Source: Candidatus Liptonbacteria bacterium
GTDB lineage: Bacteria > Patescibacteriota > Minisyncoccia > UBA6257 > JACOXY01
DNA: 64,000 nucleotides
NCBI GenBank assembly: GCA_016182095.1
Contig: JACOXY010000010.1
Coordinates: 334-64,333 of the forward strand
Direction: 5' to 3'
Part shown: one piece after another, positions 18,751 to 28,696 of the stretch
Numbering within the stretch: position 1 is the first letter of the stretch
Layout: each line of letters starts with the position of its first letter
The notes under the pieces: generated by a model
The model's database searches: none
What the model was told of the DNA's origin: nothing
The model's input: the letters and a program-made list of their open reading frames with translations, nothing else
Program-made: the position numbers and the translations under genes

Positions 18751-19296
18751 ATGTCTACTTCTCAATACAAAGATCAGCGGGTCGGGATATTTATTGATAT
18801 TCAAAACCTCTACCACTCTGCCAAAAATCTTTACCGTGGCAGAGTAAATTACAAGGAGCTTGTAAAAAACCTCGTCTATGGCAGAAAACTGATAAGGACA
18901 ATGGCCTATGTCGTGAAAAGCGAAGGGCTGCTTGACGAGGAGGCCGAAGTCGCTCGCGAGAAAGAGGGCAAGGAGGCCGCCTTTTTTGAGGCGCTTGAGA
19001 ATGCCGGAATTGAATTAAGGGTAAAAGACATTCAAGTCTATCCTGGCGGCATGAAAAAGGCCGACTGGGATGTGGGGCTCGCGATTGATGCCGTAAGAAT
19101 GGCGCCGATGCTTGACGTCATAATTTTAGTCACCGGAGACGGGGACTTTATCCCACTGGTTGAATATCTGAAGTGGGGCATGGGCCGACAAGTGGAAGTC
19201 GCCGCCTTTGATAAAAGTACGTCCGCTAAACTCAAGGAGGTGGCCGATCATTTCATAAGCATTGATAAGATACCAAAAATCATTATAAAAAAGTAA
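18751..19296 (+). CDS. NYN domain (LabA/DUF88, PIN-like) protein
   Basis: VGIFIDIQNLY, KKADWDVGLAIDA, LVTGDGDFIPLV. Confidence 0.92.
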   Translation: MSTSQYKDQRVGIFIDIQNLYHSAKNLYRGRVNYKELVKNLVYGRKLIRTMAYVVKSEGLLDEEAEVAREKEGKEAAFFEALENAGIELRVKDIQVYPGGMKKADWDVGLAIDAVRMAPMLDVIILVTGDGDFIPLVEYLKWGMGRQVEVAAFDKSTSAKLKEVADHFISIDKIPKIIIKK

Positions 19297-19344
19297 CTTT
19301 GATTATAATTTTAATTTTTAATTATTAATTTCAAATTTAAATTC

Positions 19345-21471
19345 ATGGACAAAGAAAATAAAATATATTCAATTGAAATTGGCGGTCGTGATTTAGTATT
19401 AGAATTCCCCGGTTACGCCGAACAGGCAAATTCTTCGGTGCTTGCCAAATACGGCGATACGGTAGTACACGTGGCAGTCGTGATGAGCAAGCACGAGCAA
19501 GATGGGCTGGACTATTTCCCGCTAACCGTTGATTATGAAGAAAAATTTTACGCCGCGGGTAAGATTTTGGGCAGCCGCTTTGTGCGGAGAGAGGGGAGGC
19601 CGTCGGATGAAGCAATACTGTCTGCCCGCTTGATTGATAGGGCGTTGCGTCCGCTCTTCAACCAAAAGATGAGGCGCGACGTGCAAGTTACTACCACCGT
19701 TCTTTCATTTGACGAAGAAAACGATCCCGATGAAATAGCCTTAATTGCCGCATCAGCCGCGCTAGTACAATCGGATATTCCATTCAAAGGACCGGTCGCT
19801 GGCTTAAAAATTGCGAGGATCGGAAATGAGCTTTCCGTAAACCCAAAAATGTCTCTCCTTAAAAATGGCGAGCATCAATTTGAAATTTTCACGTCCGGAA
19901 CCGTTGATAAAATAAATATGGTTGAAATGGAGGGATTAGACGCCAAAGAGGAAGATCTTATTGCCGCTTTTGAGTTGGCCCAAAAAGAAATTAATCGTCT
20001 AAATAAAATACAGGATGAAATTCGGGAAAAAATCGGGAAAGAGAAGGCGGAAGTGTATTTGGCAGAAACAGACGAGGTTTTAAGAGCCGCGGTAAAAGAA
20101 TTCTTAAAAAATAAGCTTGAGGCGGCGGTTTATACAACTGAAAAGATTGACCGACAAAGCAAGATGAACGTATTAAAACATGAAATGAAAGAATTTTTGG
20201 AGGGCAATAAATATGATGAGAAAGCGGTTAACTCCGCAGAAGAATTTTTTGAAGACGAGATAAACAACCTCATACACGAAAAGGTGTTAAAAGAAAACAA
20301 GAGACCTGACGGCCGGGCGACCGACGAACTACGCGCGCTGAATTCCAGAGTCGGGCTTTTTGAAAGAACTCACGGTTCGGCGCTATTTACGCGAGGCAAT
20401 ACCCGGTCGCTCGCGATAACAACCCTGGGGCCGCCAAGTTCTCATAAGCTCGTTGAAACCATGGAGTCAACGGAGAAAAAGAGATTCATGCTTCATTATA
20501 ATTTCCCGAAATATTCAACCGGGGAAACTGGAATGTCGCGCGGTCCGGGCAGAAGAGAAATCGGTCATGGAGCGCTGGCCGAAAAAGCCGTAAGGCGCCT
20601 AATCCCCACCGCCGACATTTTTCCTTACACCATCAGAGTTGTTTCCGAAATCATGTCTTCCAATGGGTCGTCCTCAATGGCAACCGTTTGCGGCACAGTG
20701 CTTTCTTTGATGGATGCCGGGGTGCCGATTAAAAAACCAGCGGCTGGCATAGCGATGGGGCTCATGGTAAATCAAAAATTAGAGGATAAAAATCAAGAAA
20801 TAGAATACAAAGTTCTAACTGACATTCAGGGACCGGAAGATCACCACGGAGATATGGATTTCAAAGTAGCCGGGACTGCGGACGGCGTAAACGCCATTCA
20901 GCTGGACGTAAAGATAGATGGACTAAACACCAAAATGATAAAAGACACTTTAGAACAGGCAAGAAAAGCGCGCCTTCAGATATTGGATAATATGCTCGCC
21001 GCCCTAAAGGAGCCTCGCAAAGAACTCTCTAAATACGCTCCGTCAATCATAACTATAAAAATTGACCCCGAAAAAATAGGAGAGGTTATCGGCCCTGGCG
21101 GGAAGATGATTAATGGGATCATTGAAAGAACCGGCGCGATTGCTATTGATATAGAGGAAGACGGCACAGTATTTATAACAGCCCCCAATCAGGAATCTGG
21201 AAGCATGGCCCTGGAAGCGGTGAAGAGTGTTGTAAGAGAATTTAAGGCCGGCGATATAGTTGAGGGCAAAGTAATTAAAATACTGGACTTTGGAGCTATT
21301 GTGGACTTGGGCGGCGGCAAAGACGGCATGATACACGTATCGGAGCTTAAACAGGGCTTTGTTAAAAAAGTTGAGGACGTTGTGCGTTTGGGAGATTTTG
21401 TAAGAGCCAAGGTTATAAACGTAGAAAACGGCAAGACCGGACTATCAATAAAACAGTTGGGGAGTAGATGA
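19345..21471 (+). CDS. pnp: Polyribonucleotide nucleotidyltransferase
   Basis: FPLTVDYEEKFYAAGKI, RREGRPS, GRREIGHGALAE, SNGSSSMA, GDMDFKVAGT, KH and S1 domains. Confidence 0.97.
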   Translation: MDKENKIYSIEIGGRDLVLEFPGYAEQANSSVLAKYGDTVVHVAVVMSKHEQDGLDYFPLTVDYEEKFYAAGKILGSRFVRREGRPSDEAILSARLIDRALRPLFNQKMRRDVQVTTTVLSFDEENDPDEIALIAASAALVQSDIPFKGPVAGLKIARIGNELSVNPKMSLLKNGEHQFEIFTSGTVDKINMVEMEGLDAKEEDLIAAFELAQKEINRLNKIQDEIREKIGKEKAEVYLAETDEVLRAAVKEFLKNKLEAAVYTTEKIDRQSKMNVLKHEMKEFLEGNKYDEKAVNSAEEFFEDEINNLIHEKVLKENKRPDGRATDELRALNSRVGLFERTHGSALFTRGNTRSLAITTLGPPSSHKLVETMESTEKKRFMLHYNFPKYSTGETGMSRGPGRREIGHGALAEKAVRRLIPTADIFPYTIRVVSEIMSSNGSSSMATVCGTVLSLMDAGVPIKKPAAGIAMGLMVNQKLEDKNQEIEYKVLTDIQGPEDHHGDMDFKVAGTADGVNAIQLDVKIDGLNTKMIKDTLEQARKARLQILDNMLAALKEPRKELSKYAPSIITIKIDPEKIGEVIGPGGKMINGIIERTGAIAIDIEEDGTVFITAPNQESGSMALEAVKSVVREFKAGDIVEGKVIKILDFGAIVDLGGGKDGMIHVSELKQGFVKKVEDVVRLGDFVRAKVINVENGKTGLSIKQLGSR

Positions 21472-21703
21472 TTGGCATATGGTCGGCGACGGTTAGAAAA
21501 AATGCCTCCGGGCATTTTTTCTTTATGTGAATAATGAATATGGTATAATAGAAGTACTTATTATTAAATATACCGTCGATAACACAAAAATTATTTTACG
21601 GAATACTAATTAAGAAAATACCAATCCCTTTTCGTATTTTCGCTCGCCGTGCCGAAGTCTTCGGTATAGTGCTGGTACTATTTTGTATTTCGTCATATAA
21701 CTC

Positions 21704-22702
21704 ATGAAAATTTTCCCGGATCCGAATGAACAAAATGATGGTGGCGCGGTAAGGCCGCCGCCGCCCCCACCGATAACCATACGCACAATGGATTCAGACG
21801 TAAAATCGGTAGAACAAACTGGCGGAGGCAGACCGGTGGGCGAAACATTGAACTTGGGTTCCGAAGGCGTAAAACGCCCGGAGCCGCCAAAGCTCACCGA
21901 AGAAGGCGTAAAAATAAAAATACCCGGCTATTCCGGTCCCGAAGAAAAATTATTTTCCCCGGAAACGCTCCCGGAACAAAAACCGGAGATGATAGCAGAG
22001 AAAAAATCTTTCAAGGCGCTTCCGGTTGTTATAATTATCGTGGTTGCCGCGCTAATCGGAGCGGCAGGATATTACTTTGTGTATCCTCTGCTCTTACAAA
22101 CAGAAGTCCCCGTGGGTGATGTTGGAATGTCCGCGAACCCTCCGCCGCCTCCTCCGCCGCCAGCCGCCACACACGCGCCGCTAATCTTATCAGATAAGGC
22201 TGAAGAATCCACATCAATGTCCGCGGCATCCCAAGAAACTATAGCGGGAGCACCGATATTAAAAGAGGTTATATTAAAAAATCAAGAAGGAGCAGCCGTT
22301 TTGCTCTCCGAGTATTTGCCAAGTCTAGTGCCAGAATTTAGCGTGAGTGAATTAATAGCAACTTTTGAAGAAGACTTTACGGCATTTGTATATTATGACG
22401 AAAACGGTTCTTGGCCGGGATATGTACTAAAAAGAAAAGAGGGGGTCTCGCCGCTCATAGCCCAAAATTATTTGGGTAAATTGGAAAGCTCGCAAAATTT
22501 GAAAAGTTTGTTTATAGAGGACCCCGGAGAGGTAAGCGGTGAGTTCAAGAGCGGAGAATATAAGGGTGTCGCGACAAGATATCTGGTTTACGCCAATAAA
22601 AATGCCGCGGTAGATTATGCTTGGGCAAACGGAGACTTGCTTGTTCTTACCACATATTTCCCTGCCCTCAAAGAAGTGCTGGACAACAGGATAAATAAAT
22701 AG
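21704..22702 (+). CDS. Hypothetical membrane protein with Pro-rich segments
   Basis: IRTMDSDV N-terminal motif, central TM, poly-Pro linker. Confidence 0.75.
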   Translation: MKIFPDPNEQNDGGAVRPPPPPPITIRTMDSDVKSVEQTGGGRPVGETLNLGSEGVKRPEPPKLTEEGVKIKIPGYSGPEEKLFSPETLPEQKPEMIAEKKSFKALPVVIIIVVAALIGAAGYYFVYPLLLQTEVPVGDVGMSANPPPPPPPPAATHAPLILSDKAEESTSMSAASQETIAGAPILKEVILKNQEGAAVLLSEYLPSLVPEFSVSELIATFEEDFTAFVYYDENGSWPGYVLKRKEGVSPLIAQNYLGKLESSQNLKSLFIEDPGEVSGEFKSGEYKGVATRYLVYANKNAAVDYAWANGDLLVLTTYFPALKEVLDNRINK

Positions 22703-22816
22703 ATTTGGTTATTCGCTCGCCTTGCCAAAGCCCTTGGCGAAGCGCAGGCTCGCCTTGAGCATGGCCGAAAGGCTCGTCTTGACTTCAATTTTGCATTACT
22801 ATAAAGTAAGCTTGTT

Positions 22817-23164
22817 ATGATACCTCAAGAAAAATTAAATCAGTTAAAGCAAAAACTGGAGGGGGAGAAAGAGACAATTGAGCAGGAAATAAAGGAGCTG
22901 GAAAAAGCTCCGGATTTTGGCGATTCTGCCGCCGATCCGGAAGCCGAAGAAGTGGACGAGGCGGAAGAGTGGAGCACTAATAACGCCTTGTCTCAAAATC
23001 TTAAAGTGCGCCTCTTGGAAATCAACAGCGCTCTTTCTAAAATTATAAACGGCGGAGAATATGGGATTTGCGAAAAATGCGGCAAGGAAATGGAAATAGG
23101 ACTCTTAGAAATTGACCCCGAATCAAGACTTTGCAAGGAATGTAAGCTCAACACCAAGTTATAA
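22817..23164 (+). CDS. TraR/DksA C4 zinc-finger protein
   Basis: Coiled coil, ALSKII.GEYGICEKC...RLCKEC. Confidence 0.9.
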   Translation: MIPQEKLNQLKQKLEGEKETIEQEIKELEKAPDFGDSAADPEAEEVDEAEEWSTNNALSQNLKVRLLEINSALSKIINGGEYGICEKCGKEMEIGLLEIDPESRLCKECKLNTKL

Positions 23165-23243
23165 CGATCTAATCGTTCTAGTCGTTCTATCGCTGTTTAT
23201 ATTTGCGATTATAACGTTTATAACGCTATAACGGCTACAACGC
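23157..23243. repeat. Gene-less pair of CGTT/AACG tandem arms
   Basis: ATCGTTCTAGTCGTTCTATCG...CGATTATAACGTTTATAACGCTATAACGGCTACAACG, just before ATG 23247. Confidence 0.8.
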
Positions 23244-23246
23244 ACC

Positions 23247-24779
23247 ATGGACTCCTTTTCAAAAGTCTATGCCGCCGAACTTGATGGCATAGATGCCAAG
23301 TTAATAGATGTGGAAATCGACATTAATGTTGGGCTCCACGCATTCAACATTGTCGGCCTCGCGGATAAGGCTCTTTCCGAAGCCAAAGAGCGGGTGAACT
23401 CCGCTCTTAAAAATTCTGATTTAAAACCGCCCAATAAAGAAAACAGGAAAATTATCGTAAACCTGGCGCCGGCAGACGTTAAAAAAGCCGGCTCTCAATA
23501 CGATCTCGCCATAGCCATAGGTTATGCCCTGGCAACCAAGCAAATAAGGAACTTTGAAACGCGTGATAAGATTTTTGTGGGAGAACTGGCGCTAAATGGA
23601 GAATTACGGCCGATAAGCGGCGGATTAAACATCTCCGAAATGGCAGCCAAGTCAAATTTTAAATACGTTTTTTTGCCGAAAGAGAACGCGGAAGAGGCAG
23701 CAGTTATAAGTGAAATAAAAGTAATACCGGCGACATCATTAAAAGAAATAGTCGGCTTTCTTGAAAATCCCGAAAGAATTAGCGGTTTACAAACGAAGCT
23801 CCGTGGCAGGAAAAGATCAGACCATCACATTAAATTTGGAGATATAAAAGGACAGGGGAACGCCAAAAGGGCAATGGCCATAGCAGCCGCCGGCGGGCAT
23901 AACCTCCTGATGATTGGCCCCCCCGGATCCGGGAAGAGCTTAATGGCCGAAGCCATGATATCAATCCTGCCAAACTTGGCGTTGGAAGAGGCCATAGAAA
24001 TAACAAAGATTTACAGCGCCGCAGGACTTAATAAGGAAGGCCTGATGCAAAAAAGGCCTTTCAGGGCGCCGCACCACACGGCTTCAGCAATATCAATAAT
24101 AGGCGGCGGGAGTAACCCAAGGCCCGGAGAAATAAGCTTGGCACATCGTGGGATCTTATTTCTAGACGAACTGCCGGAGTTTCCAAGAAATATTCTTGAG
24201 TCCTTACGCCAACCTCTGGAGTCCGGCAAGGTGCATATTTCGCGCGCCAAGGCAAGCTTGATATTCCCCGCGCGATTTACGCTTATCGCCGCCATGAATC
24301 CTTGTCCATGCGGATACTTTGGAGACACTGACATAGAGTGCCGTTGTACCGCGAATGAAGTATTTAGATATCAGAAAAAAATATCGGGACCCCTCTTAGA
24401 CAGGATAGATATGCAAATCACAGTTCCCAGAATTAAAACTGATGAGCTTTTGGGGAAAAACGATGGCGACAATAGTCCAGATATAGCGGCAACCATCGAA
24501 AGGGCAAGAGGGGCTCAAGCTATGCGATTCAAGAATTGGAAAAGGCCGATCTACGCCAATTCAGAAATGTCTTCAAAAGAGTGCGACGCAAACATTAATC
24601 TTGCAAATGATGCCGAAAACTTTCTAAAGAAGCTTTTGGAAGAAAATTTCATATCAGCCAGGGGTTATTATAGAATCCTGAAAACGGCCCGCACTATTGC
24701 AGACCTCGCGGAGTCAGACTCTGTAAAAAAAGAACACCTTGCGGAGGCGTTTGGATACCGCATTAGACAAAAGGAATAG
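23247..24779 (+). CDS. comM: YifB/ComM Mg-chelatase-like AAA+ ATPase
   Basis: VNLAPADVKKAGSQYDLAIA, GPPGSGKS, PFRAPHHTAS, GEISLAHRGILFLDE, AAMNPCPCG. Confidence 0.93.
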   Translation: MDSFSKVYAAELDGIDAKLIDVEIDINVGLHAFNIVGLADKALSEAKERVNSALKNSDLKPPNKENRKIIVNLAPADVKKAGSQYDLAIAIGYALATKQIRNFETRDKIFVGELALNGELRPISGGLNISEMAAKSNFKYVFLPKENAEEAAVISEIKVIPATSLKEIVGFLENPERISGLQTKLRGRKRSDHHIKFGDIKGQGNAKRAMAIAAAGGHNLLMIGPPGSGKSLMAEAMISILPNLALEEAIEITKIYSAAGLNKEGLMQKRPFRAPHHTASAISIIGGGSNPRPGEISLAHRGILFLDELPEFPRNILESLRQPLESGKVHISRAKASLIFPARFTLIAAMNPCPCGYFGDTDIECRCTANEVFRYQKKISGPLLDRIDMQITVPRIKTDELLGKNDGDNSPDIAATIERARGAQAMRFKNWKRPIYANSEMSSKECDANINLANDAENFLKKLLEENFISARGYYRILKTARTIADLAESDSVKKEHLAEAFGYRIRQKE

Positions 24780-24839
24780 ACTTAAGCCCTCTACGAGGAC
24801 GGTCCTCGTAGAGAATGGTTTATTTCACAAAAGGGTTCG

Positions 24840-25111
24840 GGAACCACTTTGTGAAATAGTTGAAAACGCGTTGCGAGGTAAAATTAAAAATTTCAAGGCT
24901 TGCCGACAAAGCTGTATCCGGTGCGATACAGCGAGGAGACATAACACAGAAATTTTTAATTTTAACCGCAACCCAAAGAGATATGCCAATTTAAAAGAAT
25001 CGCGGTGTTGCCCCTCGTCGTCGTATCACTGGGGATACGCCGTCCTCGTCACGTCTTGCGCTTCTTTTAAATTGGCTATATCGCGCCTCAACTATTTCAC
25101 AAAGGGGTTCC
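24840..25111. mobile_element. 272-bp MITE-like structured element, family C, overlapping the peptidase 3' end
   Basis: 24-bp TIR GGAACC(A/C)CTTTGTGAAATAGTTGA, 1 mismatch; two internal hairpins related to element B. Confidence 0.8.
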
Positions 25112-26099
25112 TAGCTCCCTCAACTTCAAAATGCAAATGACATCCCGTGCTACCATGCACATTGCCGGTATTCCCGATTTTGGCAACCTGCGCGCCTTTC
25201 TCAATAAAATCACCCATCTGAACCAGATTTTCTTTGGTGTGAGCATAGGTTGTCTTAGTGCCGTTATTATGTTCTAAAACCACAAAGCCGCCATATCCGG
25301 AGTTCCATTTATCAGGACTACCAACTTTTAGAACCAAGCCGTCGGCTGATGCATAGACAGGGGTGCCGCAAACATTCGCTATATCCACGGCATTCGCTTG
25401 ATGCAAAACTCCCCAGTTCCAGCTATTTAAGAGTGCCGGAAAACCGAAAAATCCAACAATGGAAGGCAACTGCGGCAAAGAGCTTATGATAGAAGCCAGA
25501 GTTCTTTGGGGCTTACCGCTCGGGATAATGAGTGACGTGCCAGCTTTTAGTTCCAGGGAATTTTCAATCTTATTCGCCGATTTTATTTTTGAAACATCAA
25601 CCCCAAAGACAGAAGCAACTGACGCAAGCGTGTCGCCATCTTTAGTTTTATAAAGCACTCCGGAAACCGGCAAAATAATAAGTTCTTCATCAATACTTAA
25701 AACACCGCGGCCGATTTTAGGATTGGCCCAAAGAATAGTATTAACGGATATGCCAAATTGAGCTGCTATTTTGGAAAGATTGTCGCCAGACCGAACCCGA
25801 TATACCATAAGACCATTTTGCACCTCGGTTCCCCCGCCAAAAACAGAGCCCCTGTTATAGACAGAGGCGCTCGCCTCTGAAATTAGCCCACGCCCCCCTT
25901 CGCCCCCCAACCCCATTCCCTCGGTCGGAGCGCCTGGATTCTGGAGAGCATACAAAACCACTGATTCATCCCCAGAATTAATGTAGAAAGCGCCATCCGC
26001 AGGACCGCCAAAAACGCCGTTTCGCAAAATATCGGCCGAGGCAGAATTAAGAACCGCGTTCAGAGTTAAAACCGCAAAAACAAGAACGCTTACAAACAA
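25092..26099 (-). CDS. LysM x2 plus M23 peptidase (start uncertain)
   Basis: YRVRSGDNLSKIAAQFGISVNTILWAN; HQANAVD, TTYAH, GNTGNVHGSTGCHLHFEV. Confidence 0.9.
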   Translation of the reverse strand: MFVSVLVFAVLTLNAVLNSASADILRNGVFGGPADGAFYINSGDESVVLYALQNPGAPTEGMGLGGEGGRGLISEASASVYNRGSVFGGGTEVQNGLMVYRVRSGDNLSKIAAQFGISVNTILWANPKIGRGVLSIDEELIILPVSGVLYKTKDGDTLASVASVFGVDVSKIKSANKIENSLELKAGTSLIIPSGKPQRTLASIISSLPQLPSIVGFFGFPALLNSWNWGVLHQANAVDIANVCGTPVYASADGLVLKVGSPDKWNSGYGGFVVLEHNNGTKTTYAHTKENLVQMGDFIEKGAQVAKIGNTGNVHGSTGCHLHFEVEGARNPFVK

Positions 26100-26208
26100 A
26101 AGCGATGGCGAGGTCCAGTCAAAAGCAAGTCCGCTTCTGAAAACCGTTTTCCTAAATTGTGAGAAAATGTTACTAATAGTAGGTATAATGCGAAACTACG
26201 AATGAATC

Positions 26209-26246
26209 ATGCCTATAGCCTGTCGGCTCGGCCGATTAAGGCGAAA
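26209..26246. repeat. 38-bp REP-like element family E, copy 1, in GCGAA arms
   Basis: ATGCCTATAGCCTGTCGGCTCGGCCGATTAAGGCGAAA, identical at 40669 and 44907. Confidence 0.9.
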
Positions 26247-26354
26247 CTTGCGAATAAGAGATTTGCCCTTTTCGCGTATTTCGCATGAGTTTATTAGCAC
26301 ATTTCGCATTATGCTTGGTTCAAACAAAAAAGCCGCTTACGCGACTACCCCATT

Positions 26355-28253
26355 ATGCTACCACAAAACTTAAACAAAAAACAAATGGAGGCTGTGGAGA
26401 GTCCCGAGGGGCCGCTTCTAATAGTAGCTGGCGCCGGATCGGGCAAAACCAGGACGCTAACCAGCCGCCTGCAGTATTTGTTGTCCAAAAACATTAACCC
26501 CAGCTCCATTATTGCCATCACTTTTACCAATAAAGCGGCCGACGAAATGCGCGGTAGAGTTCAGAAGTTCATAGGTTCAAATCAGCCGTTCATTGGCACC
26601 TTTCATTCTTTGGGAGCGCGGATCCTAAGAAGAGAGACGGCGAGCTTGGGGAGGGGCGCTAATTTCAGCATTTTTGACTCCGATGACTCCTTAAGCGCCA
26701 TTAAAAAAACCATTAAAACTCTCGCGCTTTTAAAACAAGACAAGGCGGGTCCCACCATGTTTCGCTTTTATATTTCAAAAATTAAAAATGATCTGCTCCG
26801 GCCATCCGATTTATTGGAAGGAACAAAGCTCGCAAATTTGGAGGCGGTGTATGAAGAATATGAAAATCAATTAAAACGGATAAATGCCTTTGACTTTGAC
26901 GACTTGATTGAAAAACCAGTAAAACTTTTTGCGCGGAATCCCACGATTTTAAACGAATATCGCGAGCGCTTTAAATATATCTTGGTTGATGAATTTCAGG
27001 ATGTTAATACCGCCCAATATCAATTTATAAAGCTCCTGGCCAAAGAACATAAAAACATAAATGTGGTCGGGGATGACGCGCAATCTATATACAAATTTAG
27101 GGGGGCGAATTTCCAGCATTTCCTTAATTTTGAAAGCGATTGGCCAAATGCCAAAGTTGTGTTTTTGGAAGAAAATTATCGCTCAACCGGGAATATTATT
27201 TCGGCAGCTTCGGCGGTGGTGGGGGAAAATAAACTGCAAAAACAAAAAAATCTTTGGACGCGAAATCCCGCTGGAGCCCCAATATCTATCATGGAGCACA
27301 GAGATGAAATTGGTGAGGCAGAGTGGATAGCAAACAATATTAAAAATCCTTACACGGCCGAGCCGTCCGAGACCGTCCGCGGTCGGACTAGGTCAGGCTT
27401 TAGGCAAATATCAAAAATAAAAAATAAGGAGGCTGCCGCCATTTTATATAGAACTAACGCGCAATCGCGGGCAATTGAGCAGGCGTTGATTGAAAGAGGA
27501 ATCTCTTACCAAATTTTCGGGAGCATAAGGTTCTACGAAAGAAAAGAAATAAAAGATCTTGTTGCATGCCTCCGCTATGCCTGGAATCCAAAAGATCTTA
27601 TTAGCCTGGAGAGATTATCCAAAAACTTTCTTAAAAAACCATATTTAATTCTTCAAGCAGAGCTCCCCCAAAGGGCCTCGGGGCAGGCCGCGCTTTCGCC
27701 ATACGAACTTTTAATTTATGTGATAAATACCACCAAATATTTTGATTATTTAAAACAAAATTATCCAAATGCCGAAGAGCGCGCGGAAAATATTAAGGAG
27801 CTTTTGAATTTCGCGTCAGCCCACAATGATTTGGGCGGGTTTTTGGAAAAAATCACGCTTTTGCAGTCAAATGATGATCAAAACAGTCGCGTAACGACAA
27901 CTAATAACAAAAGCGGGCGTCCTGTTATAAGTAATAAGTTATCGGTTGTAAATTTAATGACAATCCACATCGCCAAGGGCCTTGAGTTTGATAGGATTTA
28001 TCTCGCGGGATGCAACGAGGGGCTCTTGCCGCATCAAATGTCATATAGCTCTCCCGACGAAATAGAGGAGGAGAGAAGGTTGATGTACGTAGCAATGACC
28101 CGAGCCAAGCAGGAGCTCATTTTAAGCTTTTATGATGTTGGATCAAGGTTTCTATACGAAATTCCCCCGGAATTAATAAAATTCCAAAGCGCGTTAAAAT
28201 CAGAGCAGGAAGAATTTTTGGATGACGAAGAAAGATATATCGTGCACGACTAG
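26355..28253 (+). CDS. pcrA: UvrD/PcrA ATP-dependent DNA helicase
   Basis: AGAGSGKT, ITFTNKAA, VDEFQD, VGDDAQSIY, LEENYRS, LMTIHIAKGLEF, EERRLMYVAMTRA. Confidence 0.93.
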   Translation: MLPQNLNKKQMEAVESPEGPLLIVAGAGSGKTRTLTSRLQYLLSKNINPSSIIAITFTNKAADEMRGRVQKFIGSNQPFIGTFHSLGARILRRETASLGRGANFSIFDSDDSLSAIKKTIKTLALLKQDKAGPTMFRFYISKIKNDLLRPSDLLEGTKLANLEAVYEEYENQLKRINAFDFDDLIEKPVKLFARNPTILNEYRERFKYILVDEFQDVNTAQYQFIKLLAKEHKNINVVGDDAQSIYKFRGANFQHFLNFESDWPNAKVVFLEENYRSTGNIISAASAVVGENKLQKQKNLWTRNPAGAPISIMEHRDEIGEAEWIANNIKNPYTAEPSETVRGRTRSGFRQISKIKNKEAAAILYRTNAQSRAIEQALIERGISYQIFGSIRFYERKEIKDLVACLRYAWNPKDLISLERLSKNFLKKPYLILQAELPQRASGQAALSPYELLIYVINTTKYFDYLKQNYPNAEERAENIKELLNFASAHNDLGGFLEKITLLQSNDDQNSRVTTTNNKSGRPVISNKLSVVNLMTIHIAKGLEFDRIYLAGCNEGLLPHQMSYSSPDEIEEERRLMYVAMTRAKQELILSFYDVGSRFLYEIPPELIKFQSALKSEQEEFLDDEERYIVHD

Positions 28254-28270
28254 AACCCATCTAATCTATA

Positions 28271-28696
28271 TTAACTTGTGCCCATGATAACAACGGGTTT
28301 CCCTGATTCAATTTTTACACAACCATAGTAGGGGATAGGAATCCGGCATTCTATTTCAAAAGGCAACGCCGTTCCAATAACCCAGTGGTCTATTAATGGG
28401 GTATATCTTTCATATACCCGGCTTAAAGGGGTTACCATAAAATATCCCGGTCTCGGATCGCCAACCTGAATCCACAAAGACGCCTCGCAGACACAGGGGA
28501 GCACCAATTCCACTCTACCGCCAAAAACAGGGAAAAGACTTAAACTAAAACCGGTAATGCTATCCACTTGAGCAGACGCATGCTTTGGTAAAAAAATATT
28601 TGAAACCACCGCGCTTCCGAATAAAAGAAGTGTTGCTAAAAAAGTGACAAGGATACAACTAATAAATTGTTTGGCGCGTTGCATAATATACGGCAT
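28271..28696 (-). CDS. Hypothetical secreted Cys-containing protein
   Basis: Signal peptide (ASA), FGGRV..LPCVC, C-terminal MGTS. Confidence 0.7.
   Translation of the reverse strand: MPYIMQRAKQFISCILVTFLATLLLFGSAVVSNIFLPKHASAQVDSITGFSLSLFPVFGGRVELVLPCVCEASLWIQVGDPRPGYFMVTPLSRVYERYTPLIDHWVIGTALPFEIECRIPIPYYGCVKIESGKPVVIMGTS

Noticed and set aside
24739-25140. ORFs across structured elements (also 11479..11853 and 54837..55145)
   Set aside because: Coincide with palindromic non-coding elements; no transposase motifs
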